A stretch of DNA of 20,358 nucleotides from the NCBI GenBank assembly GCA_046758965.1, contig JBHIBG010000045.1, positions 1-20,358 of the forward strand, given 5' to 3'. The stretch comes from Candidatus Methylomirabilia bacterium (GTDB lineage: Bacteria; Methylomirabilota; Methylomirabilia; Rokubacteriales; CSP1-6). This document shows positions 8,700-18,135 of this stretch, one piece after another. The notes beneath the pieces are model-generated. The model ran no database searches. It was given only the letters and a program-made list of their open reading frames with translations, and was not told the origin of the DNA. The position numbers and the translations under genes were made by a program. How positions within the stretch are numbered: the first letter of the stretch is position 1; each line of letters starts with the position of its first letter.

Positions 8700-9749
8700 A
8701 TGATACGCATCGGGGTGGCGGGCGCCAGCGGGTACATGGGCGCTGAGCTCCTGCGCCTCCTTTTCGCTCACCCCGAGGCCCGAGTCACGGCGGTGACCTC
8801 CGCGCGGCTTGCCGGTGAGCCCTTGGAGCGCTTCTTCCCTCACTTGCGGGGCTTGACCGAGCTCACCTTCCAGGAGCTCGACTCCGCGCGCCTGGCCCGG
8901 GAGGCCGAGGTCGTTTTCCTGGCGCTCCCTCACATGGAGTCCCAGAAGGTGGTGCCGGTGCTCCGGCGGAATGGGCGAAAGGCGATCGACCTCTCCGCCG
9001 ACTACCGGCTCAAGAACGCTCAGGCCTATGCCACGTGGTACGCGAGCTCCCACACGGATCCCGTTGGCCTGGCCGAGGCCGTGTACGGGCTCCCCGAGCT
9101 CCACCGCAAGGCCATCGCGGCAGCCAGCCTGATCGCCTCGCCGGGGTGCTACCCGGTGGGGGCTCTGCTGGCCGTCGCCCCGCTTCTCAGGCAGGGGGTT
9201 GGGCGGACCGAGGGGATCGTCATCGACTCCAAATCAGGGGTGACCGGCGCGGGAGCTCAGGGACGCAACGTGAACCCCATGTATCTCTATACTGAAGCGA
9301 ACGAGAACGTTCAGGCGTACACCGTGGCCGCCCACCGCCACACCCCGGAGATCGAGCAGGAGCTGTCCGCGCTCGCGGGCCAGCCCGTGCGGGTCTCGTT
9401 CACCCCCCATCTGGTCCCTCTCAACCGCGGTCTTTTCACCACGGCCTATGTTCCGTTGGCCACCTCAGCGGAGAGCGACGACCTTCTGGCGCTCTACCGG
9501 GAGTTCTATGCGGGCGAGCCCTTCGTCCGCGTGCTGCCCAAAGGGGTGCTCCCGTCGACGAGGGCCGTGATGGGGTCCAACTTCTGCGACCTGGCAGTGG
9601 TCGCCGATGCTCGGACCAACCGGGCCGTCTGCCTCTCCGCGATCGACAATCTGGGGAAGGGCGGGGCGGCCAACGGCGTGCACACTCTGAACCTCATGAT
9701 GGGGTGGGACGAGCGGACAGGCTTGGGCGTGCCACCGGTGTTCCCCTAG
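8700..9749 (+). CDS. argC: N-acetyl-gamma-glutamyl-phosphate reductase
   Basis: GASGYMGAEL, FLALPH, IDLSADYRL, YGLPE, catalytic PGCYP, SGVTGAG, HRHTPEI, IDNLGKG. Confidence 0.96.
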   Translation: MIRIGVAGASGYMGAELLRLLFAHPEARVTAVTSARLAGEPLERFFPHLRGLTELTFQELDSARLAREAEVVFLALPHMESQKVVPVLRRNGRKAIDLSADYRLKNAQAYATWYASSHTDPVGLAEAVYGLPELHRKAIAAASLIASPGCYPVGALLAVAPLLRQGVGRTEGIVIDSKSGVTGAGAQGRNVNPMYLYTEANENVQAYTVAAHRHTPEIEQELSALAGQPVRVSFTPHLVPLNRGLFTTAYVPLATSAESDDLLALYREFYAGEPFVRVLPKGVLPSTRAVMGSNFCDLAVVADARTNRAVCLSAIDNLGKGGAANGVHTLNLMMGWDERTGLGVPPVFP

Positions 9750-9752
9750 CCT

Positions 9753-10967
9753 ATGCCCGAGCTGGAGTGGCTCGAGGGGGGCATCACCGCGGTTCCAGGT
9801 ATTCTGGCTTCCGGTATCCACGGCGGGATCAAAGCGAGCGGGAAGAAGGATCTCGCCCTGATCTACTCGTCGGTCCCGGCCCGTGCCGCCGCACTCTTCA
9901 CCACCAACCAGGTGAAGGGCGCCCCGGTTCTCGTTTCCATGGAGCACGTGGAGGGGGGCACGGCGCAGGCGATCGTGGCCTCCAGCGGGTGCTCCAACGT
10001 CTGCACGGGAGCGCAGGGGTCGAAAGACGCGCGGGAGATGACCACGATCGTGGCCGACCTGCTCCGTATCCCGGAGCGTCACGTGCTGGTGGCCTCCACG
10101 GGAGTGATCGGCCAACCGCTCCCCATGGATCGGATCCGCGCGGCGCTGCCGAAGCTGGCCCGGGCGCTCTCCCCGCAGGGCGGCCGGAGCGCCGCCGAGG
10201 CGATCCTCACCACCGATACGACGCTCAAGGAAGCGGCCCTCCGCGTGGAGGTGGCCGGGCGACCGATCACGATCGGCGGCATTGCCAAAGGCGCCGGGAT
10301 GATCGAGCCGAACATGGCCACGATGTTCTGCTTTCTGGCCACCGAGGTGGCCGTCTCCCGTGATGCGCTTCGGATGGTGCTGAGGCGAGCTGTGGATCGC
10401 TCCTTCAACCGGATCACGGTGGATGGGGACCAGTCCACGAGCGACACGGTGGCGATCCTGGCCAACGGGCTGGCCGAGAACAGCCCCCTCGAAAAAGGGA
10501 GCCGTGGCCTCAGGTCCTTCGCCAAAGGGGTGGAGGCCATCACCCTTCGGTTGGCCCAGATGCTCGTGAGGGGCGGGGAGGGAGCCACCAAGCTCGTTGA
10601 GGTTCACGTGCGAGGGGCCCGGAGCAAGCGGGACGCTCTGGGAGCTGCCCGGTCAGTGGCCAACTCCCTCCTGGTCAAGACCGCCATGAACGGTCAGGAT
10701 CCCAACTGGGGACGGATTATGGCCGCGCTGGGGAGATCCCGGGCCGCGGTGGTCCAGGACAAGGTCGGGATCTGGATCGGGGAGGAGGCATTGGTGGTGG
10801 GAGGGGAGTTAACACCCGGCGCCAAGTGGGATCGGGTCCGGGAGGTGATGGCCCGGTCCGAGTACGCCATCCAGATCGACCTGGGGCTGGGGGCGGGGCG
10901 GGACCGGGTCTGGACCTGCGACCTCTCGGAGGAGTATGTTCGGATCAATACGAAATACACGACCTGA
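9753..10967 (+). CDS. argJ: Ornithine acetyltransferase / glutamate N-acetyltransferase ArgJ
   Basis: STGVIG, ILTTDT, autocleavage motif KGAGMIEPNMATM, GEGATK, DPNWGRI, CDLSEEYVRIN, C-terminal YTT. Confidence 0.96.
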   Translation: MPELEWLEGGITAVPGILASGIHGGIKASGKKDLALIYSSVPARAAALFTTNQVKGAPVLVSMEHVEGGTAQAIVASSGCSNVCTGAQGSKDAREMTTIVADLLRIPERHVLVASTGVIGQPLPMDRIRAALPKLARALSPQGGRSAAEAILTTDTTLKEAALRVEVAGRPITIGGIAKGAGMIEPNMATMFCFLATEVAVSRDALRMVLRRAVDRSFNRITVDGDQSTSDTVAILANGLAENSPLEKGSRGLRSFAKGVEAITLRLAQMLVRGGEGATKLVEVHVRGARSKRDALGAARSVANSLLVKTAMNGQDPNWGRIMAALGRSRAAVVQDKVGIWIGEEALVVGGELTPGAKWDRVREVMARSEYAIQIDLGLGAGRDRVWTCDLSEEYVRINTKYTT

Positions 10968-11031
10968 CTCCTCAGCGTGGGTGCGCCCCGGCGCGGGGAA
11001 AGGTGTAAAGGGGAACTGAAGGAGGAATTGC
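10956..11031 (+). promoter_or_regulatory. Candidate rpsB (S2/t44-like) cis-regulatory leader
   Basis: TACAC(GA)CCT (10956-10965) can pair with AGGTGTA (11001-11007). The region contains GGGTGC (10979-10984) and a CCCCG-GCG-CGGGG hairpin (10986-10998), and lies directly before the rpsB SD AAGGAGG. Confidence 0.4.
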
Positions 11032-11796
11032 ATGGCGAATCTGACGATGAGGGAGCTCCTGGAGGCCGGGGTGCACTTTGGCCACCAGACCAAGCGCTGG
11101 AACCCGAAGATGGCCAAGTATATCTTCGGCGAGCGCAACGGGATTTACATCATAGACTTGCAGAAGACCCTCAAGAAGTTCCGGGAAGCTTACGGCTTCG
11201 TCCGGGATCTGGCGGCGAACGGGGGCACGCTGCTCTTTGTGGGGACCAAGAAGCAGGCGCAGGAGGCCGTGTATGAGGAGGCCACCCGCTGCGGGATGTT
11301 CTACGTCAACCAGCGATGGCTTGGCGGGACGCTCACCAACTATGCCACGGTAGTCAAGTCTATCGCCCGCCTCAAGAGGCTGGAGGGGATGAAGGAGAGC
11401 GGGGACTACGAGCAGCTCCCCAAGAAGGAGGTCCTGGGGCTCGAGCGGGAGCGGCAGAAGCTTGAGCGGGCCCTGATCGGAATCAAGGAGATGGACCGGC
11501 TCCCCTCGGCCGTCTTCGTCATCGATCCCCACGACGAGAGGATCGCAGTGGCCGAAGCTCGGCGACTCGCCATCCCGATCGTGGCCCTGGTGGATACCAA
11601 CTGCGATCCCACGGAGATCGACTACCCCATCCCCGGCAACGACGATGCCATCCGCTCGGTCCGGCTCATCACCGCCCGGGTTGCTGAGGCGGTCATCGAA
11701 GGGCGCGGGGCGTTGGCCAAGGAAGGGCCTGCCGAGCCTTCGACGCTGGAGGCGGCTGAGGAAGCCTTGGCCCCTGCTGGCGAGCAGACGTCATAG
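11032..11796 (+). CDS. rpsB: 30S ribosomal protein S2
   Basis: [52 protein letters not shown]. Confidence 0.98.
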   Translation: MANLTMRELLEAGVHFGHQTKRWNPKMAKYIFGERNGIYIIDLQKTLKKFREAYGFVRDLAANGGTLLFVGTKKQAQEAVYEEATRCGMFYVNQRWLGGTLTNYATVVKSIARLKRLEGMKESGDYEQLPKKEVLGLERERQKLERALIGIKEMDRLPSAVFVIDPHDERIAVAEARRLAIPIVALVDTNCDPTEIDYPIPGNDDAIRSVRLITARVAEAVIEGRGALAKEGPAEPSTLEAAEEALAPAGEQTS

Positions 11797-11812
11797 GAGA
11801 GGACTGGCATCC

Positions 11813-13179
<1,367 letters not shown>

Positions 13180-13185
13180 CGGAGC

Positions 13186-13740
13186 ATGCAGGCCGTGCTC
13201 AAGGAGGCGGAGACGCGGATGCAGGGGGCCATCGACGTTCTGACGCGGGAGTTCGCCGGGGTGCGCACCGGTAGGGCCACTACTGCCCTGGTGGAGCCGA
13301 TCCGCGTGGACTACTACGGAACACCGACCCCGCTCAGCCAGGCAGCCTCCCTTTCCGTTCCTGACCCCAAGACCATTCTCATCCAACCGTGGGACGCGAG
13401 CCTGCTGCCGGCTTTCGAGAAGGCCATCTTGAAATCAGACCTCGGGCTCACACCCGCGAATGACGGGAAGGTGATCCGCCTCGTCATCCCGCCCCTGACC
13501 GAGGAGCGCCGGAAGCAGCTGGCGAAAGCTGTGGGAAAGCTGGCGGAGGAAGCTCGCGTCGCCGTCCGCAACGTCCGGCACGACGCGAACAAAAAGCTGA
13601 AGGGCATGGAGAAAGACAAGAAGATCTCGGAAGATGACAGCCGGCGCGCCCAGGATCAGGTTCAGAAGATCACGGACAAGTTCACGCAGCGGGTGGACGA
13701 GGTGCTGAAGAAGAAAGAAGAGGAGATCCTGGCGTTCTGA
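13186..13740 (+). CDS. frr: Ribosome recycling factor
   Basis: [39 protein letters not shown]; canonical position after pyrH. Confidence 0.97.
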   Translation: MQAVLKEAETRMQGAIDVLTREFAGVRTGRATTALVEPIRVDYYGTPTPLSQAASLSVPDPKTILIQPWDASLLPAFEKAILKSDLGLTPANDGKVIRLVIPPLTEERRKQLAKAVGKLAEEARVAVRNVRHDANKKLKGMEKDKKISEDDSRRAQDQVQKITDKFTQRVDEVLKKKEEEILAF

Positions 13741-13746
13741 GCTTTT

Positions 13747-14529
13747 ATGACCGTCACGCGCGATGATCGCCTGAGCGTTCGACAGTTGGCGGCTCTCGGC
13801 GGGAGCGAACTCCTCGACCGCGTCAAGGCCGGACCGATCCCCAGGCATGTGGCCATCATCATGGATGGGAACGGTCGCTGGGCCGTCCAGCGGGGGCTCC
13901 CGCGGGTCGCGGGGCACCGGCAGGGGGTGAGGGCGACCCGACAGGTCGTGCGCGCGGCCAGCAAGCTGGGGATCCGGTACCTGACGCTCTACGCGTTCTC
14001 ATCGGAGAACTGGAACCGGCCGTCGGACGAGGTCTCGACCCTGATGAGTCTCCTGAAGGGCTCCATCGGCCGGGAGCTCCCCGAACTCATGGAGAATAAT
14101 GTGCAGCTCCTGACCATTGGGCGTGGTGAGAGGATCCCACTTCCCGTGAGGCGAGGGATCGGCCGGGCCGTAGCTGCTACCGCAAGCAATACGGGAATGA
14201 AGCTCATCATGGCGTTCAGCTACGGCGGTCGCGAGGAGCTGGTGGACGCCTGCCGTGCCCTGGCCCGTCAAGTCCAACACGGGGAGATCGCGCCAGAGGA
14301 GATCGACGAGCTGCGAATCGCCGAGGCCCTCTACACTCACGGGGTCCCGGATCCCGACCTTCTGGTCCGGACCAGCGGCGAGATGCGGATCTCGAACTTC
14401 CTGCTCTGGCAGCTTGCCTACACGGAGTTTTGGATCACGCCCACCCTCTGGCCGGATTTCGGTCCCGACGAGCTCTACCTGGCGGTGGCCGACTATCAGC
14501 GCCGGGAGCGCCGTTTCGGCGGTGTGTGA
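13747..14529 (+). CDS. uppS: Undecaprenyl/polyprenyl diphosphate synthase (cis-prenyltransferase)
   Basis: PRHVAIIMDGNGRWA, YAFSSENWNRP, YGGREE, PDLLVRTSGEMRISNFLLWQ, RERRFG. Confidence 0.96.
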   Translation: MTVTRDDRLSVRQLAALGGSELLDRVKAGPIPRHVAIIMDGNGRWAVQRGLPRVAGHRQGVRATRQVVRAASKLGIRYLTLYAFSSENWNRPSDEVSTLMSLLKGSIGRELPELMENNVQLLTIGRGERIPLPVRRGIGRAVAATASNTGMKLIMAFSYGGREELVDACRALARQVQHGEIAPEEIDELRIAEALYTHGVPDPDLLVRTSGEMRISNFLLWQLAYTEFWITPTLWPDFGPDELYLAVADYQRRERRFGGV

Positions 14530-15398
14530 GCGTGGGGGTCGGAGCCAGCCCGACTACCGGCGAGCTCGGCGCCCGCTCCCCACGGGGCGTTGTCCTCGCC
14601 AAGCGTGTCGGCAGTGGTCTCCTCTTCATTCCGTTCTTCATTTTGCTCACCGCGTATGCCCCCCGGTGGACGTTCGCCGCCTTCGTGGTGCTGGTGGGCG
14701 GAGTGGCCCAGTGGGAGTATGGGCGAATGTTCATGCGGGCTGGCGTGGAGGTGCATCGGCGGATCGGGCTCTTGGCCGGTCTCGTTGTGACAGCCAGCTT
14801 CGCCTGGCCGGACCGGCCGGGCCTGACCTTCCTCGTTCTCACGCTCGCCGTGGTCGGGCCCCTGAGCGCGGGTCTCCGGTCGGGCTGGTCCCGGGAGCCG
14901 AGCTGGGCGCCGCCGGCGGCTACGCTCCTCGGGGTGCTGTACGTCAACTGGCTCCTCGGCCATGCCGTATGGCTTCGGCAGCTCCCGCATGGCGTGGAGT
15001 GGATCTTCCTCCTGGTGTGGGTGACCTGGGTAGGGGAATCCGGCGCCTACTTCGTGGGCTCCGCGCTCGGCCGCCACAAGCTCGCGCCGCTGATGAGCCC
15101 CGCCAAGACCGTGGAGGGCGCCGTGGCCCAGCTCGTGCTCTCGCCCACTGCGGCCCTGGTGGGCCGCTGGTGGTTCTTTCCGGAGTCCACGCTGCTCGAT
15201 GCGGTAAGCCTGGGGCTCCTCCTGGGCATCGCGGGGCAGCTGGGGGACCTGGCGGAATCCTTCCTCAAGCGGAGCTGTCGCACGAAGGATACGGGAGCGT
15301 TGATTCCGGGGCACGGCGGCCTGCTCGACCGGGTGGACAGCTTGCTGTTCAACGCGCCGGCCCTCTACTATTACGCCCGCTTTATCGCCACGGGCTAA
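14526..15398 (+). CDS. cdsA: Phosphatidate cytidylyltransferase
   Basis: Multi-TM protein with SPAKTVEG and GDLAESFLKR...KDTGALIPGHGGLLDRVDS. Start placed at GTG 14526 (GTGA overlap with the uppS stop). Confidence 0.93.
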   Translation: MSVGVGASPTTGELGARSPRGVVLAKRVGSGLLFIPFFILLTAYAPRWTFAAFVVLVGGVAQWEYGRMFMRAGVEVHRRIGLLAGLVVTASFAWPDRPGLTFLVLTLAVVGPLSAGLRSGWSREPSWAPPAATLLGVLYVNWLLGHAVWLRQLPHGVEWIFLLVWVTWVGESGAYFVGSALGRHKLAPLMSPAKTVEGAVAQLVLSPTAALVGRWWFFPESTLLDAVSLGLLLGIAGQLGDLAESFLKRSCRTKDTGALIPGHGGLLDRVDSLLFNAPALYYYARFIATG

Positions 15399-15564
15399 GG
15401 TGCCGGGCCAAATCACGGGCATGACGAGGACGCAGGGAGGTGTCCAGCACCCCACTCGGCTCCGCCTCGTGGGGACCCCCGGCCACCGGAGGCGTACGTG
15501 GGTGTACGGTGAGGATGGCCGACGACCGAGGACGAAGTAAGGCGAAGTTAGTTGGAACGGCGCC
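15399..15564. repeat. 166-bp MITE/REP-like structured intergenic element with imperfect terminal inverted repeats
   Basis: Left end GGTGCCGGGCCAAAT matches the reverse complement of the right end (GGCGCCGTTCCAACT) at 11/15 positions; AA flanks both sides; internal hairpins at 15450-15474 and 15480-15521. Only one copy is visible in this window. Confidence 0.5.
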
Positions 15565-15576
15565 AAGGGAGAGGAG

Positions 15577-16764
15577 ATGAAGCGACTGACAGTGCTCGGA
15601 GCCACCGGGTCCGTGGGAAGGCGGGCGCTCGAGCTCGTCGAGACCTTCGCTGACGACTTCAGGGTGGAAGGGCTGGCGGCGCGAGGGAGCAACATCGAGC
15701 TCCTGGCCGAGCTCTGCCGCCGCCATCGGCCGAAAGCCGTCGCCCTGCTGGAGCCCGCCGCGGTGGATGCCCTGGCCCGGGCCCTTCCGGCTCCGCGCCC
15801 GGATCTTCTGGCCGGCGCCTCCGGCCTGGTGACACTCGCCTCCCAGGTCGACTCCGACATTGTCCTGTCAGCGCTGGTGGGCGCGGCCGGGCTTCTTCCT
15901 ACGATGGCCGCCATCGAGGCAGGGCGTTCCGTCGCGTTGGCAAACAAGGAAGTTCTCGTGATGGCCGGGGCGTTGGTCACGCGGGCGGCCCGAGAACGAA
16001 AGGTCCGGCTCCTGCCGGTGGACTCCGAGCACAGCGCGATCTTCCAATGCCTGGCGGGGCACAACCGCGCGGAGGTGAGACGGGTCTTCCTGACGGCCTC
16101 GGGTGGACCGTTCCGCGAGTATACCCGGGAGCAGCTCGCCCAGGTGACGGTAGCCGAGGCTCTGCGGCACCCGACGTGGAAGATGGGCGCCAAGATCACC
16201 GTGGACTCGGCCACGCTCATGAACAAGGGACTCGAGATCATCGAAGCGCGCTGGCTCTTTGACCTGACGCCGGACCAGACCCAGGTCCTGGTCCACCCGC
16301 AGTCCATCGTTCACTCTATGGTGGAGTACATCGACGGCTCGGTGATCGCCCAGCTCGGCGTGGCCGACATGGGGATTCCCGTCCTCTACGCGCTGACCTT
16401 TCCGGACCGGCGACCCTGCCCTGCGCCAACCCTGGATCTGACTCGCGTGGGTCAGCTCACCTTCCAGGAGCCGGACCCGGAGCGGTTTCCGTGCCTGGCC
16501 CTGGCACGTCGCGTCCTGACGCGGGGCGGAACCGCGCCGGTCGTATTGAATGCGGCCAACGAGGTGGCCGTCGAGGCCTTCCTGGCGAGCCAGATCCGGT
16601 TTACCGGGATTCCCGAGCTGATCGCCGAGGCCCTGGAGCGCGAGCGGCTCGGGGAGGCCGGCTCGGTTCAGGAATGCCTCGCGGTGGACCTCGACTGCCG
16701 ACGCGCGGTTCGCGAGCGGATTTCGAGGCAGCGGGTTTCTGTCGCGGCGGGTTCCCCGCGCTGA
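15577..16764 (+). CDS. dxr: 1-deoxy-D-xylulose 5-phosphate reductoisomerase
   Basis: LGATGSVG, ALANKE, LPVDSEHSAIFQ, LTASGGPF, HPTWKMGAKITVDSATLMNKGLE, HPQSIVHSMV, NAANE. Confidence 0.97.
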   Translation: MKRLTVLGATGSVGRRALELVETFADDFRVEGLAARGSNIELLAELCRRHRPKAVALLEPAAVDALARALPAPRPDLLAGASGLVTLASQVDSDIVLSALVGAAGLLPTMAAIEAGRSVALANKEVLVMAGALVTRAARERKVRLLPVDSEHSAIFQCLAGHNRAEVRRVFLTASGGPFREYTREQLAQVTVAEALRHPTWKMGAKITVDSATLMNKGLEIIEARWLFDLTPDQTQVLVHPQSIVHSMVEYIDGSVIAQLGVADMGIPVLYALTFPDRRPCPAPTLDLTRVGQLTFQEPDPERFPCLALARRVLTRGGTAPVVLNAANEVAVEAFLASQIRFTGIPELIAEALERERLGEAGSVQECLAVDLDCRRAVRERISRQRVSVAAGSPR

Positions 16765-16782
16765 GGGAGGAGGCGTGTTCGC

Positions 16783-18126
16783 GTGACCACCGTTCTCTCG
16801 TTCGTCGTCGTGATCGGTCTCCTGATCCTGATCCACGAGCTGGGCCACTTCATCGTGGCCCGGTGGAGCGGGGTTGGGGTCGAGCGATTCTCCATTGGCT
16901 TCGGGCCGGTGCTGCTGCGCTGGAGGGGAAAGGAGACCGAATACTGTCTCTCCGCGATCCCCATGGGCGGCTACGTGAAGATGTCGGGGGAGGAGAACCC
17001 GCTGGAGGGGGACGGGTCCGCGGTGGCGGATCCGGCCAAGGCGTTCTCGCTGAAGCCCCTGTGGGCACGGACGGTCATCGTCTTCGCGGGCCCGGGGATG
17101 AACTTCGCCCTGGCGGCGGTGATCTTTGCTGGCGTGTTCGTGCTGGTCGGGCGGCCGATGCTCCCCCCGGTACTCGGGCCGATTGAGCCCGACGGGCCGG
17201 CGGCTCGGGCTGGCCTAGAGACCCGCGACCGCATCCTGGCGGCTGACGGGCGTCCCGTGGCGCATTGGGAGGCCCTCTCCCGGGCAGTCAAGGAAGCGGA
17301 TGGGAAGAGCATCCAGCTCACCGTGCGCCGGGGCGCCAGCGAGTTCAGCGTCGCGCTCACCCCGACTCGCTCCATCGCACGGGATCTCTTCGGCGACCCG
17401 CACGAGGTGTGGGGGATCGGCACCCGACCCTACCTGCCCCCGAAGATTCGCGACGTCCTTCCCAGCTATCCGGCGGCCGCGGCCGGGCTCCAGTCCGGGG
17501 ACACCGTGGTGGCAGTTGGTGGGATGCCTGTCGCGACCTGGGATGAGCTTGCCGAAGCCATCCGCAAGCGGCCGGAGCAGGAGGTGGAGCTCACCGTGGA
17601 GCGGGGAGGCGAGATCCTCACGGTGGCGGTCACCCCGAAGCTCGTGACGGAGCGCACCGTTTCCGGAGAGGAGATCGAGGTCGGGAGGATTGGCATCAGT
17701 CCGGCTTCCTCCGTCATTTACGTCCGGTCCGATCCCGTTCGGGCCGTGGGCCTCGGTATCGTCCGCACGGGAAAGATCACCGCGCTGACTGCCGTGGGGT
17801 TCTGGAAACTCATCACCGGCCAGCTCCCCACGTCCACGCTCGGGGGACCGATCCAGATCGCCGTGGTCGCCGGCAAGCAGGCGAAGCAAGGGCTCATGAG
17901 CCTGGCCTTGTTCACCGCCGTGATCAGCGTGAACCTGGCCATCCTGAACCTGCTGCCCGTCCCCGTGCTGGACGGGGGGCACCTCCTCTTCTTCGCCATC
18001 GAAGGCCTCATGGGCCGTCCCCTCTCGGTCCGGAAGCGCGAGCTGGCGCAGCAGGTCGGCTTTGTCCTCCTGGTACTGCTCATGGTGTTCGCCGTGTACA
18101 ATGACCTGACGAGGATCTTCAAGTAG
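16783..18126 (+). CDS. rseP: RIP metalloprotease RseP (M50, two PDZ domains)
   Basis: HELGH zinc motif, FSIGFG, IPMGGYVKM, AGPGMN, two PDZ-like repeats (PAARAGL..RDRI and PAAAAGL..GDTV), NLLPVPVLDGGH. Confidence 0.96.
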   Translation: MTTVLSFVVVIGLLILIHELGHFIVARWSGVGVERFSIGFGPVLLRWRGKETEYCLSAIPMGGYVKMSGEENPLEGDGSAVADPAKAFSLKPLWARTVIVFAGPGMNFALAAVIFAGVFVLVGRPMLPPVLGPIEPDGPAARAGLETRDRILAADGRPVAHWEALSRAVKEADGKSIQLTVRRGASEFSVALTPTRSIARDLFGDPHEVWGIGTRPYLPPKIRDVLPSYPAAAAGLQSGDTVVAVGGMPVATWDELAEAIRKRPEQEVELTVERGGEILTVAVTPKLVTERTVSGEEIEVGRIGISPASSVIYVRSDPVRAVGLGIVRTGKITALTAVGFWKLITGQLPTSTLGGPIQIAVVAGKQAKQGLMSLALFTAVISVNLAILNLLPVPVLDGGHLLFFAIEGLMGRPLSVRKRELAQQVGFVLLVLLMVFAVYNDLTRIFK

Positions 18127-18135
18127 GAGCGACCG

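Noticed and set aside
15421..15540. 39-codon plus-strand ORF in the cdsA-dxr gap (possible leader peptide)
   Set aside because: No SD, no telling amino-acid run, and wholly inside the inverted-repeat element.
14496..16307. 603-aa minus-strand ORF spanning cdsA, the intergenic element and dxr
   Set aside because: Antisense to two unambiguous genes, Arg/Ala/Ser-rich with no family motif; explained by stop-codon scarcity at high GC.
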